NCBI GenBank assembly: GCA_965214095.1
Contig: OZ243938.1
Coordinates: 4,544,001-4,608,000, forward strand
DNA length: 64,000 nt
Reading direction: 5' to 3'
Source: Candidatus Poribacteria bacterium
Lineage (GTDB): Bacteria; Poribacteria; WGA-4E; WGA-3G
Below are positions 19,573-29,676 of the stretch, in pieces (position 1 is the first letter of the stretch; the number at the start of each line of letters is the position of its first letter). The translations under genes and the position numbers were made by a program. The notes beneath the pieces were generated by a model that was not told where the DNA came from, made no database searches, and saw only the letters and a list, made by a program, of their open reading frames with translations.

Positions 19573-19954
19573 CCTATAATGATTTCATTCTTAGACTCGG
19601 ATGGGAACACGTTATTTTGTTTAAAATTATCAGTATGGCTAAAACGTGTAGGTGAAAAGTTGCGCCTAACAGGTCGATTTTTGGAAAACTTGTTCCCGGT
19701 AGAGAGTTTTTATGAGGTACATTCTATTGTTGTCGAACCATATAATTCACCACCTCGTTAATTTATTTTCGCTCCCTTCACTGTAGAATCCACCGTATAA
19801 TCTACTGCGAAATTGCCGTAAAAGTTATCGTCTTTAGCGAAATAAAAAAATAAGTTGACATCTGCTGTAGGAGCAATTCCCGAATTGTGACCTAACACTT
19901 GGATAGTCAGGAATCGGAGTGGTCTTATACATATAAGAGTGTCAAAGTAATTTA

Positions 19955-20069
19955 TAGTAAAGTTTAGAATTAAGAAGATATTTCAATGCACTTGCAAGTA
20001 GCAGAAGTCCCGTAGGGGTGAGGTTTCCTCGCCCTCTGAGGCGTGTCCTATTAATTGTAAATTCCACTA
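19955..20069. repeat. MITE-like element (TAGT..ACTA ends, TA flanks) enclosing a GTAG REP
   Basis: Imperfect TIR TAGTAAAGTTTAGAATTAA / TTAATTGTAAATTCCACTA; internal GTAGGGGTGAGGTTTCCTCGCCC. Confidence 0.6.
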
Positions 20070-20115
20070 TAGTATAGAAGTGCATCCGAAAATGTGTTAA
20101 ATCGGAGGTGTTAGA

Positions 20116-21570
20116 ATGGCTAAAAAGAAGAAGAAAGAAGTCACGCCTGAAGATGAATTTGCACGTTTGCCTTGGACGATGCGAGATCATATACATAAAC
20201 TCGGACTTTCAACGGTTGAAGAGTATAAACTTTGGTGTCGTCAACATAATTTCTGTTGTAAATTGAGGAAAAATTATCGTGAACGTATTAATGAATTAAG
20301 TGCTTTATCATCTATAAGTGTTTCTCAGATAATGGCGAATGAGAAAAAAGGGCGGAATTTGAAGGAGGTACTTCCGAAAATTTACAAAGAAGAATTAGAT
20401 GGAGAAAATCTGAGAAATCCGATTGCAAAAGAGATCGCATACGCATTTGAGAGAAGTAATTCTCGTGAAGATTTACTCCGACTTATGTTGTACATTGGTG
20501 AAAATTCTGAACTGTTGAAGGATACTTCATATATTAAAGGAATTGAGATGATTGCGAACCATGCTGATAGTTGGATTCGTCCTCTTGAGTCGTGGTTTGT
20601 AAAAAGACATAACCGTGATTGGCAGTTTTCTCAACTTCTGCGTCACCTTTTTGCTAAGTATGATATTCCACAATTCATGGATCGTGTGTGGTTGATAGAA
20701 AACGAGACTTATCAGAATTGGTATAAACATATCGGCTCTGGACAAAATATCCGCACTGCCCCTGAGATACCGATTACACTAACGAAAAAGATGGCACATC
20801 ATTTTCTGAGTGCTCCAAAGCATTATAACGTTGATGAAGCACTTCGTTGGGGACAGGTACAGGCACTCGGTGGGGACAAACGTTTGATGGATGCACTTCG
20901 TGGAACCCATCTGATTAAAAATTTTAGCAACGATGATTTCTGGTTGAATGTTATAAGGTTCTTTATTGCAAATCCGATGTTGGATGTTCAGCATGTCAAC
21001 CCAATAGTAGATTTCATCTGGAATCATAAGTTTGCCAATCAACGTGTATTTGTTGAAAGGGGTGTTGTGGAAGAAATTGGACCACCACAACCCAATTTCA
21101 GTATGAGAGGTAGGACACCCAGGAAATTACTTAGCCAAGTTAATGATTGGCATCGTCAACTTGGTAAGGAGTCAAAACAGGGAAGTTACGAGTGGGAACA
21201 CTCAGAAATCGGTGATTTAGTTGTAAAAGAACAACGGATGGACAATTACACACCCAGATATTGGCGTATTCAAGAACTGCTAAGTACAGATGAACTCATT
21301 GAGGAAGGTAGAGTCATGAAGCACTGTGTTGTCACTTACTCAGAATCGTGTTTCACTGGAAAAACTTCAATATGGTCAATGGAAACGGAAGATGAATATG
21401 GCAAGAACAATGTTTTGACGATTGAGGTGTTAATGGCTGAAAAACTTATTCGACAAGTTCGTGGTAAAAGGAATCGGTTGCCAACGCCAAAAGAAAGAAG
21501 TATTTTAAAGCGATGGACAAGGAAGGAAAAACTTAAAATCGCGGATTATGTGCAGTTTGAGGGTGAGTGA
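20116..21570 (+). CDS. PcfJ domain-containing protein
   Basis: C-terminal L.EEG..MKHCVVTY...C..G..SIWS...LTIEV...IRQVRGK.N; recognised from memory. Confidence 0.75.
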   Translation: MAKKKKKEVTPEDEFARLPWTMRDHIHKLGLSTVEEYKLWCRQHNFCCKLRKNYRERINELSALSSISVSQIMANEKKGRNLKEVLPKIYKEELDGENLRNPIAKEIAYAFERSNSREDLLRLMLYIGENSELLKDTSYIKGIEMIANHADSWIRPLESWFVKRHNRDWQFSQLLRHLFAKYDIPQFMDRVWLIENETYQNWYKHIGSGQNIRTAPEIPITLTKKMAHHFLSAPKHYNVDEALRWGQVQALGGDKRLMDALRGTHLIKNFSNDDFWLNVIRFFIANPMLDVQHVNPIVDFIWNHKFANQRVFVERGVVEEIGPPQPNFSMRGRTPRKLLSQVNDWHRQLGKESKQGSYEWEHSEIGDLVVKEQRMDNYTPRYWRIQELLSTDELIEEGRVMKHCVVTYSESCFTGKTSIWSMETEDEYGKNNVLTIEVLMAEKLIRQVRGKRNRLPTPKERSILKRWTRKEKLKIADYVQFEGE

Positions 21571-21664
21571 ACCTTGAATTTTGACAATCTTATGTTAAAC
21601 TTGATGAATGAAAATAGTTGTGGGAATTGCTTTATTGTGATTCTATTGTAAAGGAGGCAGCACC

Positions 21665-21895
21665 ATGGAACATTTTACTACTATACAAGAAATTGTGGAA
21701 CGGTTGAAAAGTCTTCCACTTGAACAACAGAGGACAGTGTTAGATTTCATATTAGAGCTGTCAGGTGAATTGCCAAAGCAATACCCTGGTAAAAATCTTC
21801 TTCAATTTGTAGGCACAATTTCAAAATCGGATTTGGAAATAATGAAACAAACAATTGAAGAAGGATGTGAGCAGATTGATGAATCAGAGTGGTAG
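21665..21895 (+). CDS. Putative type II antitoxin
   Basis: 76 aa, LPLEQQRTVLDFI, overlaps the PIN toxin start. Confidence 0.75.
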   Translation: MEHFTTIQEIVERLKSLPLEQQRTVLDFILELSGELPKQYPGKNLLQFVGTISKSDLEIMKQTIEEGCEQIDESEW

Positions 21896-22274
21896 ATATC
21901 TGCTTGATACGGACATTGTTATTGCCTTATTTTCTGGCGATAAAGCCGTGGAAGCGAAAGTAGAGACTACATATAATGTTGCCCTTGCCCCGCCAATTAT
22001 TGGTGAACTTTTCTTCGGTGCACAGAAGTCTGAACAAGTCACTGAGAATCTTTATAGAATCAATATGTTCATTGAAAAGCATCTGTTATTTTCTTGTGAT
22101 TTTGTAACTGCTCAGTGGTATGGAATCATAAAAAATCAATTACGACGTAAAGGGACTCCTATACCAGATAATGATATCTGGATTGCAGCGATAGCGATGC
22201 AGCATGGATTAATTCTCGTTACACGCGATTCCCATTTTGATGTAGTTGAATCACTTGAAACCGAACGTTGGTAG
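21879..22274 (+). CDS. vapC: VapC-family PIN toxin
   Basis: YLLDTD, IGEL..GA, IPDNDIWIAA.A, LVTRD.HF. Confidence 0.92.
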   Translation: MNQSGRYLLDTDIVIALFSGDKAVEAKVETTYNVALAPPIIGELFFGAQKSEQVTENLYRINMFIEKHLLFSCDFVTAQWYGIIKNQLRRKGTPIPDNDIWIAAIAMQHGLILVTRDSHFDVVESLETERW

Positions 22275-22303
22275 GAATAGATATACGACGTAACGAGAAC
22301 AAT

Positions 22304-22328
22304 TAGGCGGGTTTGAATTACCCGCCTA
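22304..22328. terminator. REP-type hairpin between convergent genes
   Basis: TAGGCGGGT-ttgaatt-ACCCGCCTA. Confidence 0.55.
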
Positions 22329-22358
22329 CAGATTTGCCGACTATAACCTAAACCAACT

Positions 22359-23402
22359 TTACTTCTTTTCTCTATATTCACTTAGCAATTTGTTAATCTT
22401 ATCAAGAAACTCTTGAGAGTATATTTCCCCGACAAGAGCTTGATGCGTTTCTGTAGCGAGGGTATCCCAAGCCTCTAATGAATCCTCTTCAAACTTGACA
22501 ACTTCAATCCCGACTTTCTGCACAAGTGCGTCAAGTGAATTCTTATTGTCCTGTCGAACATTCTTCATCAATTCAGTCTGATATTTATCTCCGGCATCAA
22601 GGATAACTTTCTGATGCGCGGGTGTAAGTTTATCAAACTTCTCTTTTGTAATAATTGTCGCACCGACACCGACATTAACAGGTAGATCAGTCATGTATTT
22701 AAATTTGGATGCCCATTGTAGTGCAACTGTAACATAAGGAGAGACCGTTACTGCATTTATCCTTCCAGCGTATAAACCCGGCAAGACTTGTGTAACTTCT
22801 CCTGGTACTGTTGCGATATCGGCTTTTTTGTAGAACATCTGTGCGATCTTGTCATTTGTTCGCATCCACATTTTGACATTTGGTGATTTAAGATCATCAA
22901 TATTCCTAATGGGATGATTACTGAAAATGTGGTAGAACCCTATGTCACCCATTCCAATTAGGACATATCCTTTATCCAAGAATACATTGTATAGATCTTC
23001 ACGGAGATGTTGTCGGACATAGTCAAGTTCTTCGTAGCTTCGGAACATGCGCGGGAGTTGGAAGATCAGTACTTCTTCATTAATTTCGCCAAGTCCTGTT
23101 GCAGTCATAGCACCAGCATGGATTAATCCATTTCGCATTTTACTGATCACATCAAGTTCGTCACCTTGGATACCGTTTGCGTAGAAACGGAATTTTATCT
23201 GTCCATCCGTATTAGCCTGAATTTCTTTCGCCATTGCATTGAAATTGTTCATCCACGTAGAACCTTTCGGTGCAAGTGTGGCGAACTTTATAGACTCAAC
23301 AGCAAGCAGTGTTGCTGGCAAACATAGTAATCCAATTAATAGTATAATCACACATACAATACTTGAAACATTTCTCTTGTACATTGTTTTGAAATTCCTC
23401 AT
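22359..23402 (-). CDS. dctP: TRAP transporter substrate-binding protein (TatP_T type)
   Basis: KFATLAPKGSTW, G.QGDE.DV..KMR.G, PIRNIDDLK; signal peptide. Confidence 0.88.
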   Translation of the reverse strand: MRNFKTMYKRNVSSIVCVIILLIGLLCLPATLLAVESIKFATLAPKGSTWMNNFNAMAKEIQANTDGQIKFRFYANGIQGDELDVISKMRNGLIHAGAMTATGLGEINEEVLIFQLPRMFRSYEELDYVRQHLREDLYNVFLDKGYVLIGMGDIGFYHIFSNHPIRNIDDLKSPNVKMWMRTNDKIAQMFYKKADIATVPGEVTQVLPGLYAGRINAVTVSPYVTVALQWASKFKYMTDLPVNVGVGATIITKEKFDKLTPAHQKVILDAGDKYQTELMKNVRQDNKNSLDALVQKVGIEVVKFEEDSLEAWDTLATETHQALVGEIYSQEFLDKINKLLSEYREKK

Positions 23403-24304
23403 TATTCTATTTCCTCTTCTTCTAAATCAAAAAGTGTATCAATTTGTGAAAGTAATCGTTCAGATCGTGCTTTTGCAAGAGAAGTTGCTGCATTTTCTCC
23501 AGGAAAAATGTCTGGTGGCGCGTCAATAACTTCTTGCAAAGCCTTCTTGAATAGTGGTGCGTCCTGTATGGGATAGGCATAGTATTTTGCCAAATAGAAT
23601 TTGCTCATCAGGAACTTTCCATCATTAATTTCATCTACGCGTTCGATGTGTTCCTTTGCCTTTTCTGGATTCCCACCAATTGCTGGCGATCGGTCACCGT
23701 AAAAGACAGCATAGAATAGGTGTGCACTCCCGAAATAGAAGGTTTCATCTAATTCCAATACGCGCTTCATCATCAGTTCAACCCGCTCAAGGTCAACCAC
23801 CTGCATTGGGTCGTCTTTCTGTAGACTAATACCGCGTCCGACCGAATAAGCTGCCCAGAACAACGGCTCAACATCCTTCTTTTTGATTTTCTGAACTGCT
23901 TTTGCGAATGTATCTGGATTCACTGTACGCGCCTCTTTAAAGGTCTTATTGGATTTTGCCAATGCTTTGAATGCATACATTTCAGAACGGACGTAATGTT
24001 CAATAGCCTTGCTACGCATTTCATCTGCAGTTTCAAAATCACCTGCAATCTCTGCCTCCTCCATCTTATCTTCGAGAAATCCGGCGTAAGAAGAAAAAGC
24101 GCGTGAAGTCTTAACAATTAAGGACTTGTTTCCTAACTTCGTTAATCGTTCAAGCGTTTTTAGGTTTTTCTCAAGTGTGGTTTCAACCACCTGCAAGTCG
24201 CCTTCCTTTTGAATACTGGATAACTTGCTTAGACCACACCCGCCAAGTAATAGAGTTAGTAGAAGTATATACACTATACGCGTGTAATAATTGTTGAATA
24301 TCAT
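23402..24304 (-). CDS. TRAP transporter TatT component (lipoprotein)
   Basis: Lipobox LGGC, LFWAA, RVLELDETFYFGSAH, GGNPEKAKEH; coupled to dctP. Confidence 0.85.
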   Translation of the reverse strand: MIFNNYYTRIVYILLLTLLLGGCGLSKLSSIQKEGDLQVVETTLEKNLKTLERLTKLGNKSLIVKTSRAFSSYAGFLEDKMEEAEIAGDFETADEMRSKAIEHYVRSEMYAFKALAKSNKTFKEARTVNPDTFAKAVQKIKKKDVEPLFWAAYSVGRGISLQKDDPMQVVDLERVELMMKRVLELDETFYFGSAHLFYAVFYGDRSPAIGGNPEKAKEHIERVDEINDGKFLMSKFYLAKYYAYPIQDAPLFKKALQEVIDAPPDIFPGENAATSLAKARSERLLSQIDTLFDLEEEEIE

Positions 24305-24346
24305 GAGTATTGAATTCCCCCCTTATTAATAGAATTATCCTCTTCC

Positions 24347-24439
24347 TTAATGATACAGAAAAAGTGGAATCTCGGTTTCTTGTATGAGGTGTTACGTAAC
24401 ACTACCGACAAAAAATTCACGAACACTTTTTCTTCCATA
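24347..24439 (-). pseudogene. C-terminal fragment of a universal stress protein
   Basis: Manual translation YGRKSVREFFVGSVT*HLIQETEIPLFLYH* resembles the USP G-x2-G-x9-GS motif and terminal IPLFL.H. Confidence 0.55.
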
Positions 24440-24577
24440 AGTTCTCTCCTTTTTTATATCAATTATAAATATGAATTCCTTTTGCTTTGGAATATAAGAG
24501 GTGTAATGAATTGCGTGACTACGAACTGTATATTTTAGAAATGGTATTATATTACAAAATTATTCAATGTCATAGTG

Positions 24578-25666
24578 TTAAGTTATATGAGATACAAAAG
24601 GCAATTTGACAACTGTCCCGTCAACCTTACCTTCTGTTGTCTTAATCTGAATAGAGTAGCCCTGTTCAGTGTGTGCCATTCTGATGTATCCCAATGCAAT
24701 GTGTTTATCAAGTGTAGGTGAATAAGCAGAACTGGTGACCCATCCGATTTCTTTGTCATCAACGATAATAGACGATTCTTGTGGCACAGATTCATCGGCA
24801 TCTATTTCTATTCCACGCAACAATCGGTTGGGATGTCCACGATATTTCATGCGTGCGACTATCTCTTGTCCGATATAACACCCTTTTTCAAAATCAATAG
24901 CATGGTCTAATTCTGCTTCAAGCGGGAAAATTGAATCTGTCAGTTCAGTTTCGTATCTTGGTGTACCCGCTTCAATTCGTAGTGCTTCACGTGCTTCCCA
25001 CCCAATCGGGGTGATATCCTCTCTTTCAGCCATTATTTTGTTCCATAGCCATACTAATGTGTCTGATGATGCATAAAGATGGTATCCATATTCTCCCACG
25101 TTATGTGCACTTACACATCCAATCCATTGGTCATCAATTTCAGAACTGCGAGAATGATGTTCTGGTAATGTGCTAAGGTCTTCTAAATTTAGAACAGACT
25201 CCACCAGTTCAATTGAATGTGGTCCGTAGACTGCAATTGCGCCGACTTTACCTGTTTCAATAGTTAATTCTACATCATCCGCGATGATATATTTATCCAA
25301 TTCTGTGTAGACTTGTTGTTCACATTCGGGGGCAGTACTGATATAGATTTTATCCTCAAAGTTATACACCCGGAGATCACCGATAATTTTACCACGATTT
25401 GTTAAGAGTGTGGCGTAATTTCCTTCACCGACAGATAGGTTTTCAACATCGTTTGATATAATACGGTGTAAGAATTTCGCACGATCTTCACCCGTTAAAC
25501 ATAGTGTGCTAAGGTATGATATATCTACAATTCCGATATCAGACCTAACCATTTTATTTTCATGATTAGGTTTTGTATAAACTAATGGTATATTCCATCC
25601 TTCGTGCAATTCCACAAAGGTTGCATCAAGTGTTTGATGTATTTCGTAAAGTGGTGTGTTTTTCAT
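24578..25666 (-). CDS. GcvT/YgfZ-like folate-binding aminomethyltransferase family protein
   Basis: KNTPLY, LRIEAGTP, FEKGCYIGQE, VTSSAYSP. Confidence 0.88.
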   Translation of the reverse strand: MKNTPLYEIHQTLDATFVELHEGWNIPLVYTKPNHENKMVRSDIGIVDISYLSTLCLTGEDRAKFLHRIISNDVENLSVGEGNYATLLTNRGKIIGDLRVYNFEDKIYISTAPECEQQVYTELDKYIIADDVELTIETGKVGAIAVYGPHSIELVESVLNLEDLSTLPEHHSRSSEIDDQWIGCVSAHNVGEYGYHLYASSDTLVWLWNKIMAEREDITPIGWEAREALRIEAGTPRYETELTDSIFPLEAELDHAIDFEKGCYIGQEIVARMKYRGHPNRLLRGIEIDADESVPQESSIIVDDKEIGWVTSSAYSPTLDKHIALGYIRMAHTEQGYSIQIKTTEGKVDGTVVKLPFVSHIT

Positions 25667-25691
25667 TTTCTTCCTATATTATATCACGGAA

Positions 25692-28600
25692 TTAGAACAT
25701 CTGTTCCAAACGCCAAAGAATTAATAGTTTCCGTGCCGAAGATTCTACATTGAGTGGCAGCGCGAATTCAAACACAGAGTTTAAAGGCAAATCAACACCT
25801 GGTGGACGGACAAAGATTGATATTCCAATACCAGCAGAAAATTTGAAATCATTCAATGAAAAATTGGTAAGCGGGTTTTCATCATACCACCAAACTTGTC
25901 CTGCATCCAAAAAAGTGCTGAGTGCCCATCCGATTGAAACATCTGAAAAGCCTTCAATATAGGTTATATCCACATATCGGTGTTCAAGATTCAGCACAAA
26001 TCGTCTATCCCCTACAAATGAGTTGTGTCTAAAACCGCGAAGATTTGGTAATCCACCAAGGTAAAATAGATGTTGTGTTGGTAGTCGTCCATCAGAGAAA
26101 TCGGTAAGCATACGGACATTTAGATTATGTTTACCAATCAATGGCGTGTATCGTATTAATTCCAATTGATAAGCATTATATGTCCAATCTCCACCGAGGC
26201 TGCCGCCAACTATTTCTATACCAATATTTCCTCGCCAACCTCGTCGTGTTTGTGGATTGGGTCTCAGAATCATCTGGCTCGCGAGATTGTCAGCACCATC
26301 CAGAGTTGATTTATGATCTCGTGTGTCAAAAGTGTATCTTAATGAAACGATGTTTTGTGTGCCAGTGTCTATCCGTTGATTTCCGAGTTTGACTTTGCTT
26401 CTATTGTAGTAACTCCAATCCGTTGATTTGAATAGATTATCATGATCCTCATAAGTCAATTCAAGTCTTAATTGAGATGATTGCCCAAATTTCTTTGCAA
26501 TCCAGACATGTTCTCCCTGACTTTGAAAAAAATGGTCAACAGAAGTCCCGTAGAACGAATCGCTTAGATTAAATTCAGCAGGTAATAAACGGAAGTCATT
26601 TATACTCTTATTCGTTAATTTGTATGAACCCACCCCTATAGTCAATGGGAAACGTGTGAAAAATGTATTTTCCACACCGACTTGATAGTTCAAAATACGA
26701 CTTGATACTCCGAGACTGAATGAACCGAAGAGATGTTCTTCATCCAAGAGATGGGTTGATAAGTTTCCACCCGCACCTAATACTAACCCGTGCACACGAT
26801 TGAATCCGAGTATTGGAAACCAACCGGATTTTACTAACGGATGTTCAATTATATCTACAATTAGAACATTTTTGCCACCTTCTTTTTGTGCTTGCCAATC
26901 GCCAACCGACTTGAAGGCATCATTGTTCTTTTTGAGTTCTTTCTGTAGGTTATTGATCTTGTTTTGACCTAAAGAGTGAAAATATACACCTTCGCTATCC
27001 AAATCCAATGCAGTAGTTAGTACCGACTCTGGAATACGACGATTGCCAGTAAACCGAATTTCATCAATACTGCCCTCGCTAATGTTATACTGTAATTGGT
27101 CGTTGGTATATTCATGTGTGACATTTGCAAATGAGAAGCCGCGGTTTAAATAGAAATCTTGAATGATTTGTTGCTTCAAGTGTATATTTATTTTAGCATA
27201 ATAACCTGGAAACAGATCAACCCAACGTTTGATGAAAAGTGCGGGAAAACTCCTATTCCCACGGATGTTTATTTTCTCTGCAAACTGCACATTTGCTTCG
27301 GTCACACTGATTTTCACATTGACTTTCAACAGTCCTTCCTTCGGTAGACCATCATTCTTGACAGTGTCGGTATCATCCGTTGTAGAAGTGCTTGGTGGAT
27401 TTGTTGGTGCGGATTTAGTTTCTTCTTGTTCCACAATAGTAGTAGTCAATTCCACCTTTTCAAACCAATCCAAATTCTCTAAATGCAAAATTAGGTAAGA
27501 CAATTGTTCGTTTGTAATTGTAGCACCAATTGTAATCGGAATTCCTCCTAATAGGACATCAGAAGGAATTGTCCTGTTTCCCTCAATTTCAATAGTATTC
27601 ACTATAAAATAATCTGATATATCAAACGTGTCTGGGAATAGTGGGTGTTTCGCAACTAACTTTAATTTTCCCATTCCCTCTTTCCAATGGGGCCACCACG
27701 GATATTCTTCATCATACATAGGCAACCAGTAACTATACTCACGATGAACAACCGGATTTATATCGTTGCCTACATCCTTTTTCAATTGTGAATTGCGAAA
27801 AACGTTGAGGAGCCAAGTTTCACTTCCGTCTGTTTTCTTCGTTTTTCGTGGAATAGCTGCTTCTAAACTCCAATAATTAGCATTGATTTTAGTTGCAACT
27901 TTTGCATTTGAATTCCATGAACTATCAGCCTTGAACTGGACGACTGAACTATCACTCTTTTCTCTTTTTACGCCACTGGGTGCGAATCGGAAATTTGGGA
28001 AACCAACTTTTGTGACCATTTGATCGAACACACCTCCAATCGGATTGATGATAAGATGTGAATACACTTCAGTTTTTGGATCCATATCAAGCAGGATTTC
28101 AATAGATTCATCTTCCCAGATAGGTGAATCAAGTTGTGTTTGTGACACGCGCGGAACTTGTGATTCCTGTATGAACGCTCTTGCTCCAATATAAAAGTTG
28201 TCTGTGTCATACATCATATACACATCTGTCTGATTTTCAGCGGTTTCTGTCCCCGCGGGATTCTGAAATGCTGAGAGTGTATTTGAATATAGCCAGGTTC
28301 TTTCGGATAAATCTCCATCAATCGTTGGTGGTTCTGTGGCTAATGGGATAGGTAACTCGCTATTAGATGCTGGTAATTCTTGATCACTTCCCTGATTGGC
28401 ATCATTGGATTTACTACGTAATCTTGGATTCGTTAGTATTGAGATTGCATCGGTGGCATTTAAACGGAGCAGTGGACCTCCCTCGTTGATGATACCGATA
28501 TTATTTTCAATGTCGGATGGTAGATTTATAAGATACTGTTGTTTTTCACTATTGAGTTCAACATCAGCAGAATAATTGATCGGAAGGAGTAGCTTGATAT

Positions 28601-29387
28601 TACCACCCGATGCAGTTATATCGAGTGGGGCAGGAAGGTCGTCAAGTACGGATAGATCAATCGAACCTTTTTGCGTTTTTATTTCGCTCTGTCCAGGTGT
28701 CAATAGTATTTGTCCATGAATGCGTCCACTATATGTTTCCACTTGATAGATTCCCGTGGTCTCATCCAAATGGACGTTTCCCAACTCATTGGTTATTTTT
28801 ATTTTTCCGCGTAAGTGATGAATGTAGACATCTCCAACTCTAATCCTGAGATCTACAGCAATATCTGGCGGTGTTTTAATTTCATAGTTTAGTTGCAAGT
28901 CTTTTTTTAAGTCGGATGTGCTTTTTTTATTGTTTGTCTGATCGGGGATGTCTTCTGGTAACTGCGAATTCAACTGAAGCACTCCATCTTTTTGAGTGTT
29001 TGTTAATCTGATTTTTTCCAAATATTCCTTTGTAAAGAGTGGATTTTCCACGAGTACGTGTTTTTCCAGTTTAACACTAATGGTATCTTTGACTTCTACA
29101 TTACTGTCAATCGCCAATATTTTTATATTACCGGGTATGTCTAAATGGAGTTCTATTTTGAAGGTGTCGGCATACCTAAAGGTATTTTCTATGGTTGGTG
29201 GGGAAGAAGTATTGGAAGGTGTTTGTGTCAGGTCTTTTTCCGATTGATCACTAAGGGTTGTAGAACGTTCAGTGCCAGTCTGCACAACGTTGAGTGCGTC
29301 TATTGACTGGACTGATGTACAAATTCCTAATAGGACAAGACAAATTATGCTTTGCCAATAACCTGACGTAATCATAAATCTCAACAT
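25692..29387 (-). CDS. Omp85-family outer membrane protein with DUF4097-like, CBM9-like and POTRA domains
   Basis: Signal peptide; INEGGPLLRL; PPTIDGDLSE..W and WEDESIEILLD; IEIEGNRT/INIRGNRS/IRFTGNRR POTRA starts; LRGF, FLDAGQVW, terminal Phe. Confidence 0.8.
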   Translation of the reverse strand: MLRFMITSGYWQSIICLVLLGICTSVQSIDALNVVQTGTERSTTLSDQSEKDLTQTPSNTSSPPTIENTFRYADTFKIELHLDIPGNIKILAIDSNVEVKDTISVKLEKHVLVENPLFTKEYLEKIRLTNTQKDGVLQLNSQLPEDIPDQTNNKKSTSDLKKDLQLNYEIKTPPDIAVDLRIRVGDVYIHHLRGKIKITNELGNVHLDETTGIYQVETYSGRIHGQILLTPGQSEIKTQKGSIDLSVLDDLPAPLDITASGGNIKLLLPINYSADVELNSEKQQYLINLPSDIENNIGIINEGGPLLRLNATDAISILTNPRLRSKSNDANQGSDQELPASNSELPIPLATEPPTIDGDLSERTWLYSNTLSAFQNPAGTETAENQTDVYMMYDTDNFYIGARAFIQESQVPRVSQTQLDSPIWEDESIEILLDMDPKTEVYSHLIINPIGGVFDQMVTKVGFPNFRFAPSGVKREKSDSSVVQFKADSSWNSNAKVATKINANYWSLEAAIPRKTKKTDGSETWLLNVFRNSQLKKDVGNDINPVVHREYSYWLPMYDEEYPWWPHWKEGMGKLKLVAKHPLFPDTFDISDYFIVNTIEIEGNRTIPSDVLLGGIPITIGATITNEQLSYLILHLENLDWFEKVELTTTIVEQEETKSAPTNPPSTSTTDDTDTVKNDGLPKEGLLKVNVKISVTEANVQFAEKINIRGNRSFPALFIKRWVDLFPGYYAKINIHLKQQIIQDFYLNRGFSFANVTHEYTNDQLQYNISEGSIDEIRFTGNRRIPESVLTTALDLDSEGVYFHSLGQNKINNLQKELKKNNDAFKSVGDWQAQKEGGKNVLIVDIIEHPLVKSGWFPILGFNRVHGLVLGAGGNLSTHLLDEEHLFGSFSLGVSSRILNYQVGVENTFFTRFPLTIGVGSYKLTNKSINDFRLLPAEFNLSDSFYGTSVDHFFQSQGEHVWIAKKFGQSSQLRLELTYEDHDNLFKSTDWSYYNRSKVKLGNQRIDTGTQNIVSLRYTFDTRDHKSTLDGADNLASQMILRPNPQTRRGWRGNIGIEIVGGSLGGDWTYNAYQLELIRYTPLIGKHNLNVRMLTDFSDGRLPTQHLFYLGGLPNLRGFRHNSFVGDRRFVLNLEHRYVDITYIEGFSDVSIGWALSTFLDAGQVWWYDENPLTNFSLNDFKFSAGIGISIFVRPPGVDLPLNSVFEFALPLNVESSARKLLILWRLEQMF

Positions 29388-29509
29388 AATAGTGAATAGG
29401 GTGAAGCTATGAAAAGGTGGATCAGAATAATAGATATGGTGTTCGACTGCATCGCTTGTATTGTGAACGACACACAGATATCTTATTTACTACCCCAATT
29501 TTAAAAGAC

Positions 29510-29538
29510 TTGACACGTATTATATAATACTTTATACT
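29510..29538 (+). promoter_or_regulatory. Putative sigma70 promoter of xylA
   Basis: TTGACA-N17-TATACT. Confidence 0.65.
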
Positions 29539-29676
29539 TATTATTAAAGTCAAGACGTTTATTGGATTGTAGTAACTGTTTGCAGTTATATTTCGTTAAC
29601 GTATAGGTACGTTACATTGCTATAAAGACAATAAAGGGGTGTGTTCACATACTTGTTGTCACGGAGTAATATTTAG

